In this document: positions 1-7,361 of the stretch, in pieces
How the letters are laid out: every line of letters starts with the position of its first letter
Numbering within the stretch: position 1 is the stretch's first letter
Assembly (NCBI GenBank): GCA_049997835.1
Contig: JBEKSI010000001.1
Coordinates: 1 to 41,551 of the forward strand
Source of the DNA: Minisyncoccia bacterium
GTDB taxonomy: Bacteria; Patescibacteriota; Minisyncoccia; UBA6257; GWB1-50-10
Direction of reading: 5' to 3'
DNA length: 41,551 nucleotides
Translations under genes and position numbers: made by a program
The notes under the pieces: model-generated
The model's database searches: none
The model's input: the letters and a program-made list of their open reading frames with translations, nothing else
What the model was told of the DNA's origin: nothing

Positions 1-1
1 C

Positions 2-835
2 AAGTTTTACGCCCTGCCGCAGGCGCCCCAGCAATACAAACAATTATTGATGGTGGCCGGCACGGAAAGGTATTTTCAGATTGCGCGCTGTTTCCGCGAC
101 GAAGATACGCGCGGCGACCGCCAGCCGGAATTCACCCAATTGGACTTGGAAATGAGCTTCGTGGAGAGGGAAGACGTGATGAAGCTGAACGAGGCGCTGC
201 TCATTGATATTGTGGGCAATCTTTATCCGGATAAAAAAATCCAGGAAATTCCTTTCCCGCGTTTTAGTTACAAGGAGGCGATTGAGAAATACGGCACCGA
301 CCGGCCGGATTTGAGGAAAGACAAAAACGACCCGAACTTGCTGTCTTTCTGCTGGGTGGTTGATTTCCCGTTTTTTGAAAAAACGGATAATGGCAGCTGG
401 ACTTTCACACATAACCCTTTTTCTGCGCCGAAGCCGGAATTCATGAAAGACCTAATGGAAAAGAAAAACATATCCGGAATAATCACGAATCAGTACGATA
501 TTGTTTTGAACGGCTGGGAGATCGGCGGGGGAAGCATCAGAAATCATCGGCCGGAGGCCTTGGAGAAAGTTTTTGAGATAATGGGTTTTGAGCCGGAAAG
601 GATTCAAAACAATTTCGGCCATATGCTGGAGGCCTTGAGTTTCGGCGCGCCTCCGCACGGTGGAATCGCCTGGGGTTTGGACCGGCTCACGATGATATTG
701 GAAAACGAGCCCAATATCCGCGAGGTCATCGCGTTCCCCAAGACGGGCGACGGCAAGGATTTGATGATGGACGGCCCGTCGGATGTCTCAAAGGAACAAC
801 TTGAAGAACTGCATATAAAAATAAATAAAAAATAA
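2..835 (+). CDS. aspS: Aspartyl-tRNA synthetase, C-terminal part (5' end lies upstream of the window)
   Basis: The frame stays open from position 2 (KFYALPQAPQQYKQLLMVAG). Class II motifs are present: FRDEDTRGDRQPEFTQLDLEMSF and GGGSIRNH...PPHGGIAWGLDR. Stop codon is TAA at 833-835. Confidence 0.9.
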   Translation, partial: KFYALPQAPQQYKQLLMVAGTERYFQIARCFRDEDTRGDRQPEFTQLDLEMSFVEREDVMKLNEALLIDIVGNLYPDKKIQEIPFPRFSYKEAIEKYGTDRPDLRKDKNDPNLLSFCWVVDFPFFEKTDNGSWTFTHNPFSAPKPEFMKDLMEKKNISGIITNQYDIVLNGWEIGGGSIRNHRPEALEKVFEIMGFEPERIQNNFGHMLEALSFGAPPHGGIAWGLDRLTMILENEPNIREVIAFPKTGDGKDLMMDGPSDVSKEQLEELHIKINKK

Positions 836-842
836 AACGAAA

Positions 843-1436
843 ATGCAAAAAGAAAAAACATTGGTTTTGATAAAGCCCGACGGCGTGCAAAGAAACCTGG
901 TCGGAGAAATAATCCACCGGTTTGAGCGCACCGGTTTGAAACTCATTGCCATGAAGCTCGCCCTCGCGACCAAAGAACAGGCCCTTGAGCAATATAAGAA
1001 AAACGAAGAGTGGCTTAAGAAAAAGGGAGGGCAGCGGGTTGAATTCCTTAGGGCAAGCGGAAAGAAGGTTGAAAAATCGGCGCAGGAGTACGGAATAAAC
1101 ATAGTGAACGCGAACGTGAATTTCGTGACGGCCGGCCCCGTCGTTTTAATGGTCTGGCAGGGGAACAAGGCGGTGGGCATCATAAAAAAGATCGTTGGCG
1201 GCACCGAACCTCTGACTTCGGACGTCGGCACCATCCGCGGCGATTTCACGATAGATTCCTTTGAAATCTCGGACGCGAACGAGCGTTGCGTGCGGAACGT
1301 CATCCATTGCACCGACAATCCCGAGGAAGCGGAGCGGGAAATAGCGATCTGGTTCAAACCCGAAGAGCTTTTGAATTACCGCCTGATGAACGAAGTAATT
1401 CTCTACGACGTCAATCTGGACGGCATTTTAGAATAA
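843..1436 (+). CDS. ndk: Nucleoside diphosphate kinase with an internal insertion of about 45 aa
   Basis: TLVLIKPDGVQRNLVGEIIHRFE at the N-terminus, TIRGDF, and the active-site His in NVIHCTD. At 197 aa it is longer than typical bacterial NDK (about 140-150 aa). Confidence 0.85.
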   Translation: MQKEKTLVLIKPDGVQRNLVGEIIHRFERTGLKLIAMKLALATKEQALEQYKKNEEWLKKKGGQRVEFLRASGKKVEKSAQEYGINIVNANVNFVTAGPVVLMVWQGNKAVGIIKKIVGGTEPLTSDVGTIRGDFTIDSFEISDANERCVRNVIHCTDNPEEAEREIAIWFKPEELLNYRLMNEVILYDVNLDGILE

Positions 1437-1455
1437 TTTTCACCTCAAATTATGG

Positions 1456-1489
1456 CTTCAAAATTTATCCATATGGATAAATTTTGAAG
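1456..1489. repeat. 34-bp perfect AT-rich palindrome, copy 1 (CTTCAAAATTTATCCATATGGATAAATTTTGAAG)
   Basis: Read directly; the two 17-nt arms are exact reverse complements. It lies 20 nt after the ndk stop and directly upstream of the -10 of the next gene. Confidence 0.95.
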
Positions 1490-1505
1490 GTGTTAAAATA
1501 ATCAA

Positions 1506-2024
1506 ATGGCGAAAACATCAAAAGACGCGAGAAAACACATAGGAGCGCTAAGCGACCTATTTCGCGATTTTAATATGGTGGCTAACGTTGTTGTTGAAGA
1601 ATTTCTGCGCAAACAAAAAAAGAGAAAACATCTTAAGCAAAGCTTAAGGAGATTGGTCAAGAAAGGTTTTATTGCTGATACTGGTCAGGGGTATGAACTT
1701 ACCCATAAAGGGGAAAGGTTTTTTGGGAAATTTTCCAAAGAGGAAGATAAGCCAACGTTTTCCGGAATCTGGGACGGTAAATGGAGATTAGTGACTTTTG
1801 ATGTTCCATGTAAATTCGACACTAAACGTCAAAAAATAAGGTCTCTGTTGAAAGAATTTGATTTTTACCAGCTTCAGAAAAGCGTTTGGATCTGTCCGGC
1901 GTCTCTTTCGGAGAAATTTTTGGGGTTGATGATTAATGAAGAATTGGATGGATATTGTAAGGTTATGATTGTAGATGTGCTTGAGGGTGACGAAGAGTTG
2001 AAAAGGCACTTTAGGATCGCATAA
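1506..2024 (+). CDS. PaaX-family-like transcriptional regulator (winged HTH plus PaaX-type middle domain)
   Basis: LRRLVKKGFIADTGQGYELTHKGERF resembles a wHTH. WDGKWRLVTFDVPCKFDTKRQKIRSLLKEFDFYQLQKSVWICP matches the pattern I recall for PaaX-like repressors. TAAAAT at 1494-1499 lies 6 nt before the ATG. Confidence 0.6.
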   Translation: MAKTSKDARKHIGALSDLFRDFNMVANVVVEEFLRKQKKRKHLKQSLRRLVKKGFIADTGQGYELTHKGERFFGKFSKEEDKPTFSGIWDGKWRLVTFDVPCKFDTKRQKIRSLLKEFDFYQLQKSVWICPASLSEKFLGLMINEELDGYCKVMIVDVLEGDEELKRHFRIA

Positions 2025-2031
2025 ACAATGG

Positions 2032-2065
2032 CTTCAATATTTATCCATATGGATAAATATTGAAG
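2032..2065. repeat. 34-bp perfect palindrome, copy 2 (CTTCAATATTTATCCATATGGATAAATATTGAAG)
   Basis: Same element as 1456-1489 with one arm substitution mirrored in the other arm. It has the same ATGG / GTG flanks and lies 8 nt after the stop of the PaaX-like gene. Confidence 0.95.
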
Positions 2066-2133
2066 GTGGGGATAAGTTGGTGTTTTGGGCATTGAATTGG
2101 AATGGAGCGAACGGTTAAAATAAAACTGATTTG

Positions 2134-2175
2134 AGAGCGGAAAAACAAAGAGCGTTTTTTTCCGCTCTTTTATTT
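2134..2175 (+). terminator. Intrinsic terminator-like hairpin
   Basis: AGAGCGGAAAAA (2134-2145) pairs with TTTTTCCGCTCT (2157-2168) and is followed by TTTATTTT. Confidence 0.6.
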
Positions 2176-2192
2176 TCTAAAAATTCAAAAAC

Positions 2193-2384
2193 ATGGAAGA
2201 ACAAAATCAGGCAGTAGGGGTGAGTAAAAAGAAAGTGGGCATTATCGTTATGGCCGTCGCGGCGCTTGTTTTAATTATTGGCGGGATTTTTATTTGGGAG
2301 AATTACTTCAGTGCAGATGCTGAGCGGAGCAGGCAATTGCGGGAAAATTACGATAAGGCCGAGGCGGCAATGAGTGCGTTTTAA
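2193..2384 (+). CDS. Small hypothetical protein with one predicted TM helix
   Basis: 63-aa ORF with a hydrophobic stretch (IIVMAVAALVLIIGGIFIW). No recognisable family. Confidence 0.3.
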   Translation: MEEQNQAVGVSKKKVGIIVMAVAALVLIIGGIFIWENYFSADAERSRQLRENYDKAEAAMSAF

Positions 2385-2386
2385 AA

Positions 2387-2412
2387 TAGAGGTTCGATTC
2401 CTCCCGGGTCTA
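2387..2412 (+). pseudogene. Orphan tRNA 3' fragment (T-arm plus acceptor 3' strand)
   Basis: TAGAGGTTCGATTCCTCCCGGGTCTA contains the GGTTCGATTCC T-loop signature (13 nt shared with the tRNA-Trp T-arm at 37619-37631). No matching 5' half (AGACCCG) was found upstream. Confidence 0.55.
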
Positions 2413-2473
2413 CAAAATATCCCTTTTAGGTAAAAATACCCATCTTATCAGGCGGGTATTTTTGTTTTATAAT
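2410..2473 (+). repeat. 64-nt direct repeat, copy 1 (hairpin AAAAATACCC...GGGTATTTTT followed by GTTTTATAAT)
   Basis: Aligns without gaps to 3887-3950 with about 13 mismatches in 64 positions by hand alignment. The last 20 nt are identical. Confidence 0.8.
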
Positions 2474-2535
2474 AAGCATCTAAATCTAATAAGGGTAGAC
2501 TACATTTAATTCCGTAATAGAGCTAAAATTGAAAA

Positions 2536-3195
2536 ATGTCCAATTTTCCTGACGTTAATTCATCCGAAGAAGAAATTGTTACCTTTTGCCAGCAAGAAGC
2601 TGGCGGAAACCCAGGTGTAGGAGTCGGACATGAAATGCGCTTGAATTATGGGCTAAATTTATTAGCGCATAAACAGCAACAAAAACTACTCGCTAATCAA
2701 GACAATTCCAATCGTAATTTAATTTTCTGGACAAAGATTCTAGCCTTGACGACTATTGGCTTGGCAATGGTTACTGCTATTCTAGCTGGCATTACGTACC
2801 AATCCAGTCAACGTCAAATCACTTTAGAATTACTCCCTTCTGTAGAAGCAAATTACGATGCAGGTAGTGCCGTGATTAATGTCATAAATCGAGGCAGGGG
2901 GAACTTATACATTTGGGGGGATAAATTTGGAAACGGATCTCCTGTTATAGATAATTTTGGAGTGCTTTTTGGTCCCGGAAGCACCTTTCATATTCCAGTT
3001 GATAATTTAGAAATGACAGCAGCCATAAAATCTTCTATGCGGGATGCAACATCGACATTTATTAATTTTGAGATTTATTTTAAAAACCAAGACGAAACAA
3101 AATTTGTATCTAGAAACGCCCTCTCTATTTTTGAACACAATGGGACAACAGAAATCGATAGCCAAACTAGATCTATAGATCAAGTTGATTGGTAA
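2536..3195 (+). CDS. Hypothetical membrane-anchored protein
   Basis: 219-aa ORF with a central TM segment (ILALTTIGLAMVTAILAGI). TAAAAT at 2524-2529 lies 6 nt before the ATG. AT-rich codon usage. Confidence 0.5.
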   Translation: MSNFPDVNSSEEEIVTFCQQEAGGNPGVGVGHEMRLNYGLNLLAHKQQQKLLANQDNSNRNLIFWTKILALTTIGLAMVTAILAGITYQSSQRQITLELLPSVEANYDAGSAVINVINRGRGNLYIWGDKFGNGSPVIDNFGVLFGPGSTFHIPVDNLEMTAAIKSSMRDATSTFINFEIYFKNQDETKFVSRNALSIFEHNGTTEIDSQTRSIDQVDW

Positions 3196-3202
3196 ACATT
3201 AA

Positions 3203-3721
3203 ATGCTTACCAAAGACCAAGAAAAATGGATTAATCATCTTTCTAATGATGACACAATAAAAATCGTTCCTTTTGATCCGCGCAGCCAAGAAGAGTTTGA
3301 ACAAGTAAAGTCGTTGATTCAATCTAAAATCGGCTCAACGGTCAGAGTTGAACATCGCGGGGCGACCAGTCTTGGTATATCTGGCCAGAACGAGATTGAT
3401 ATTTATGTTCCGGTACCGGGAAATCTTTTTAATAGCTTTATAATCAAACTTTCAGAATTGTTTGGAAAACCTCATAGTCATTATCCCTTAGAAAGAGCGC
3501 GGTTTATTGCTTCTGATGATGGAAAAAGAATTGATGTTCATCTCGTGAATGAAGGGCATGCTAATTGGTTAAATAGTGAAAAATTTGAGAATTATCTTAA
3601 GATACATCCGGAAACCCTGGAGGAATACAGAATACTAAAAGAATCGGGCGACGGACTTAGTATTAGAAAATATTACCGGAGTAAGGCAGAATTTATTAAT
3701 AGTGTTTTGGAGAAAGCATAA
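3203..3721 (+). CDS. GrpB-family (nucleotidyltransferase-fold) protein
   Basis: VEHRGATSLGISGQNEIDIYVPV resembles the GrpB HxGSTS...IDI core, and the size is about 170 aa. Confidence 0.6.
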   Translation: MLTKDQEKWINHLSNDDTIKIVPFDPRSQEEFEQVKSLIQSKIGSTVRVEHRGATSLGISGQNEIDIYVPVPGNLFNSFIIKLSELFGKPHSHYPLERARFIASDDGKRIDVHLVNEGHANWLNSEKFENYLKIHPETLEEYRILKESGDGLSIRKYYRSKAEFINSVLEKA

Positions 3722-3886
3722 AACAACGGTCGTCTGGACTCTTTTTATTTTCCATTCAGGCAGCTTTTCCCATCTTCCTTTCATCCCTCCTTTCGTTTAC
3801 ACTAGAAATCAAAGAATTAAAGATCAATTCAACGAATGATTTTATGTCTTTAAGGTCATTTTCGTTCCAATTGGTTCTCATTAAGG

Positions 3887-3950
3887 CTACAAAATCTATC
3901 TATTAAGCAAAAACACCCACCTTACTAAGTGGGTATTTTTGTTTTATAAT
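3887..3950 (+). repeat. 64-nt direct repeat, copy 2
   Basis: CTACAAAATCTATCTATTAAGCAAAAACACCCACCTTACTAAGTGGGTATTTTTGTTTTATAAT. Its TATAAT (3945-3950) lies 8 nt before the ATG at 3959. Confidence 0.8.
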
Positions 3951-3958
3951 TTTAGAAA

Positions 3959-4597
3959 ATGAAGAACACCTATTTTCCACCAGAGTTTAAAAAAGGGCAG
4001 TTTACTTGTCCTTATTGTGGAGTTTTGGCAGATCAAACTTGGCAAGATATTGTTATGGCCTCTGTTACCAAAGAGTTTGATAAAATTTGGGTTTCACGTT
4101 GCACAAATAGAAATTGTCAACGTGAGTGTCTTTGGATCGGAGGTAAGATGGCTATTCCGGATATGGAAGGAGTTTCGTATCCAAATGAAGATTTAAATCA
4201 AGAAATCCAAGAAGATTATATGGAAGCTCGATCGATTTTATCTCGCTCACCTAGAGGTGCGGCAGCATTATTAAGACTTTCGATCCAGAAACTATGTAAG
4301 CAACTTAGAGAGTCAGGTAGAGATATTAATGCCGATATAGCTTCCTTAGTTAAAAAAGGACTCAGACCAAGCATACAAAAATCGTTAGACATTGTAAGAG
4401 TAACTGGCAATGAGTCAGTTCATCCTGGTGTTTTAGACATGAAGGATAATCGTGAAATTGCATTAAAATTATTTGATTTAGTCAATCTGATTGCAGATGT
4501 CATGATTTCTGAGCCTAAACGAGTTGACGAACTTTACGAGTCTGTTATTCCGGAGGGAAAGAAAAAAGCGATAGTAGAACGCGACACCCCCCATTAA
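3959..4597 (+). CDS. Zinc-ribbon plus DUF4145-like helical domain protein
   Basis: N-terminal CPYCG...CTNRNC cysteine pairs. The C-terminal region (AALLRLSIQKLCKQL ... IVRVTGNESVHPG) fits the R-x-x-G-N-x-x-x-H pattern I associate with DUF4145. Confidence 0.55.
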   Translation: MKNTYFPPEFKKGQFTCPYCGVLADQTWQDIVMASVTKEFDKIWVSRCTNRNCQRECLWIGGKMAIPDMEGVSYPNEDLNQEIQEDYMEARSILSRSPRGAAALLRLSIQKLCKQLRESGRDINADIASLVKKGLRPSIQKSLDIVRVTGNESVHPGVLDMKDNREIALKLFDLVNLIADVMISEPKRVDELYESVIPEGKKKAIVERDTPH

Positions 4598-4972
4598 ATG
4601 ACTGAATTTCTCAAAAAATATAAAAAAGGGTTAGTAATTATCGGCATCATTATATTCTTCATTATCACCCTGAGTTTATTAGGTGGTAATTCATCTATAT
4701 CAAATATTCCACAGTCTCAAAATACAAACTCGGCACAGATCACTAATATTCTCTCGCAGCCGACCAGCACTACTAGTAGCAATAGTAGCAATCTTTCAAA
4801 TAATAATACCTACGTAAACTCCGCAGGAAATACAGTTCACTCTCCGGCATATACAGAAAACGGAAGTGCTCCTACTAATGCCTCAGCGCAATGTCGAGAT
4901 GGGACGTATAGTTTCAGTCAAAGTCGAAGTGGTACCTGCTCACATCACGGCGGAGTAGCGAAGTGGCTATAA
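4598..4972 (+). CDS. DUF3761-like secreted/anchored protein
   Basis: N-terminal TM, an S/T/N-rich linker, and C-terminal CRDGTYSFSQSRSGTCSHHGGVAKWL. The ATG directly abuts the upstream stop. Confidence 0.6.
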   Translation: MTEFLKKYKKGLVIIGIIIFFIITLSLLGGNSSISNIPQSQNTNSAQITNILSQPTSTTSSNSSNLSNNNTYVNSAGNTVHSPAYTENGSAPTNASAQCRDGTYSFSQSRSGTCSHHGGVAKWL

Positions 4973-5439
4973 CAAACGCCATTAATTATTTTAATATGGG
5001 ACTTGATAAAATAAGCAATAAATTAAATATCAAAGATTTTCGAAGATTCAGATGGTTTTTCTGGATTCTAATTTTAAGTTTGCTGTTCCTCGGTTATATA
5101 TTTCTTAATCAAGAGAAGTTTTTCTACAGCTCCGATATTAATGGCGATCATTATTTGTACAGATTTTTATGGGTGTTGCCATTCTCATTTATAGGGTTCG
5201 CCTCACTTATTTTGATGGCTGCAAAGAATGGTCGTGTAAAAGATGATGCGCCGTGGTCCTCTTATGTATTTTCTTATTTCCTAAGATTAATCGCTTTTTC
5301 GTTAATTATATTTTCGGTTTTGCATATATTTGAATCTACTTCCAACTATTTATATTATTTCTTTTCAGCAGGGTTGGGTTTATATGTTGGCTATAAAATC
5401 GATGCTATTAAACTTGAGGATATTAATAAACCAAAGTAA
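4963..5439 (+). CDS. Multi-pass membrane protein, unknown function
   Basis: Several hydrophobic segments. Overlaps the upstream gene by 10 nt. Confidence 0.5.
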   Translation: MAITNAINYFNMGLDKISNKLNIKDFRRFRWFFWILILSLLFLGYIFLNQEKFFYSSDINGDHYLYRFLWVLPFSFIGFASLILMAAKNGRVKDDAPWSSYVFSYFLRLIAFSLIIFSVLHIFESTSNYLYYFFSAGLGLYVGYKIDAIKLEDINKPK

Positions 5440-5453
5440 AATTTCTATCTCTT

Positions 5454-6095
5454 ATGCAAAAATTAACAAAAACTCTTGGCGATATCGCGAAAATTTCTAC
5501 TTTTCTAGCAATAGCCGCTCTGGTGTCAGGTTTTTTAATTTGGAATATTTATCTTGTCCGATTGGGTTTTTACGAATTTAATCTGATTCAAGCGAGATAT
5601 ATTCATGCTGGAATTACGTTTCTTACCTTAGTTACTCCAATCATTTTTTTAATTTTATGGATCGTACGGCTCCTATCTAAAAAATTTCTATCTATCACAA
5701 AACCTGGATTATATGCGGTTTATTGTTATTTCGGGATCGTGTTTTTTCTCCTTTTGATACCTCTGTATACTTTTCTTGTTTTCCCGCGCATTTCACAGGC
5801 CTGGGGAGGAGCGCAACCCAGGGTACTTGGGATTATTGCCTCGGAGCCCGATATAGCATATTTGGCTAATTTTGGTATAAAAAATGCATACCCCCTTATA
5901 ACTGGGAACCTATGTATAGCTTACGAAAATCAGGAATCCGTAATAATTCTTTTAGAGGACAGGGTACTTTTTCTTAAAAAAGATAACTTTAAAGGCTTTA
6001 ATAGTTTACCTGCCAAAACAAGAGATGAAGCAGCGAGTGAATGTAGTAAACGAGCAATGGGTTGGATATTGAATCAGGGGGAGTGGGCCAAATAA
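5454..6095 (+). CDS. Multi-pass membrane protein with a C-terminal soluble domain, unknown function
   Basis: 213-aa ORF with about 4 hydrophobic segments, 14 nt after the previous gene. Confidence 0.5.
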   Translation: MQKLTKTLGDIAKISTFLAIAALVSGFLIWNIYLVRLGFYEFNLIQARYIHAGITFLTLVTPIIFLILWIVRLLSKKFLSITKPGLYAVYCYFGIVFFLLLIPLYTFLVFPRISQAWGGAQPRVLGIIASEPDIAYLANFGIKNAYPLITGNLCIAYENQESVIILLEDRVLFLKKDNFKGFNSLPAKTRDEAASECSKRAMGWILNQGEWAK

Positions 6096-6459
6096 AAATA
6101 TTCTCTTCAAGCAACTCTTCCATATTTCCTTTTGTTTATCTAATAAAATAACAAGAGGTTTGAATTTTGTTGAGAAAACTGTCTCGCAGGCCGAGCGGGC
6201 AGGTGTCTGCCTACGGCAGACGAGCGAGGCCGAGAGCAAGTGCAAATTCCTCGCTGGGAAATTTGATAACGTGTTTTCGAAACGAAATTCAAACCCCGCA
6301 CACCAAACCCTACTGGTCTGAGAACGCGGGGAAGGACGCGAGTTTTTACATATCGCATTAGAGTTTTTGACAAAACCCGCCCAAAAGCTCTATTGTGAAC
6401 CCAGTTGTTTAGAAAATGATTTAGAAAACAAAATCACCTCTTGAGAGGAGGATTGTAAA

Positions 6460-6837
6460 ATGCTAAAAAAATCCGAGATTAAACCGGGCGTTATCTTATG
6501 CTGGGGGATAGATCACCCAATCAACAAATTCTCAATAGATTATTGGTCGGTTTTGGAAGTTGGTGAATTGTCTTTCAAGATTGAACTGTTGGGTGGAGTA
6601 AACGAGGTGAAAGAAATTCATTTTGATTCAGAGTTTTTCTCCCGCATGAAAATCTCCAATTCCGAGGAAGTATTTTTATCCTTTGTTAAAATGGAGAAAA
6701 AATTCGCTGAGGAAAGAATCGCAAAAAAGCGGGAACTGGAAGAATTTGAATCAAAATATCAGGAATTCCATGAAAAGGTAATGGAATTCAAGCGCAGGTT
6801 CAAACCTAATTCAAATCTCGCTTCGCAAGCGGCATAG
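6460..6837 (+). CDS. Hypothetical protein (charged, coiled-coil-like C-terminus)
   Basis: GAGGAGG lies 9 nt upstream of the ATG. TTGACA at 6366-6371 is a possible -35. A terminator follows. Confidence 0.5.
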   Translation: MLKKSEIKPGVILCWGIDHPINKFSIDYWSVLEVGELSFKIELLGGVNEVKEIHFDSEFFSRMKISNSEEVFLSFVKMEKKFAEERIAKKRELEEFESKYQEFHEKVMEFKRRFKPNSNLASQAA

Positions 6838-6859
6838 CTATTAACGCCATAAGCGTGGG

Positions 6860-6893
6860 CCAGTTCAGATGTTTTTTGAACTGGTTTTTATTT
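6860..6893 (+). terminator. Intrinsic terminator
   Basis: CCAGTTCA (6860-6867) pairs with TGAACTGG (6877-6884), followed by TTTTTATTT. Confidence 0.7.
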
Positions 6894-7002
6894 AACGGGG
6901 ATAATTCCGCAATGAAAACCGCAAATTGACAAGAAGACGGTTGTGTGCTATGTTTTTACCAGAAATAAGTTCAACAGAACTTTTAACATATTTGGAGGAC
7001 GT

Positions 7003-7191
7003 ATGTCATACGGTGGAAGTTGTCCAAAATGTCGTGTCACATTAAAGAATGGGGTATGTCCAGAATGCTTTGTGGACTATAACGAAAAAGAGGTTCAACC
7101 CGAAAAAGTCGTGAAAACACGCACGATTCATCTCAAAAATGGCACAACCATAAAAGTCGGACCCCGACCCGCTGTGGATTATCACTACTAA
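7003..7191 (+). CDS. Small zinc-ribbon protein (62 aa)
   Basis: An internal ATG of track ORF 6943-7191 is preceded by GGAGG with a 4-nt spacer. CPKC...CPEC motif. TTGACA at 6927-6932 lies upstream. Confidence 0.45.
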   Translation: MSYGGSCPKCRVTLKNGVCPECFVDYNEKEVQPEKVVKTRTIHLKNGTTIKVGPRPAVDYHY

Positions 7192-7226
7192 CCAACATTT
7201 TAACCCATACACCAGGCACGGTGGAT

Positions 7227-7269
7227 GGTCCTCCTCTCCGGAGTGGGAATAACTCCCAAGTCTTGAACC
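7227..7269 (-). repeat. Structured intergenic element, divergent copy F (core only)
   Basis: The reverse complement reads GGTTC AAGACTTG GGAGT-tattccc-ACTCC GGAGAGGA GGACC. This is the same AAGAC..hairpin..CCGGAG architecture as copies A-E. Confidence 0.5.
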
Positions 7270-7361
7270 GCTCCGGAGCCCTTATTATTATCCGGTCCCC
7301 TGCGTACTTTCTCCGTGAACCCCCTTACTCACGGAATTTGTACCTCCGATTAGGGATTGGT

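Noticed and set aside
788-1357. 189-aa minus-strand ORF, and many similar antisense or overlapping track ORFs (for example 44-412, 11092-11667, 11705-12157, 12807-13559, 23658-24158, 24159-24554, 38408-38989, 38497-38892).
   Set aside because: Each lies opposite or out of frame to a gene with strong recognisable motifs (aspS/ndk, pyrG, tkt, pilins, pcm). They have biased low-complexity composition and lack start signals, so they are shadow ORFs.
1456-2065. Possibility that the palindromic repeats next to a PaaX-like (Cas2-like fold) protein form a CRISPR array.
   Set aside because: There are only two local copies, separated by a 542-nt gene rather than short regular spacers. The other copies are many kb away, and no cas genes are present.
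6140-6373. Overlapping plus- and minus-strand ORFs (6167-6361, 6140-6373) as genes.
   Set aside because: They are mutually overlapping, Arg/Ser/Pro/Gly-rich and without promoter or start context. The region is better described as a GC-rich structured non-coding patch (see findings).
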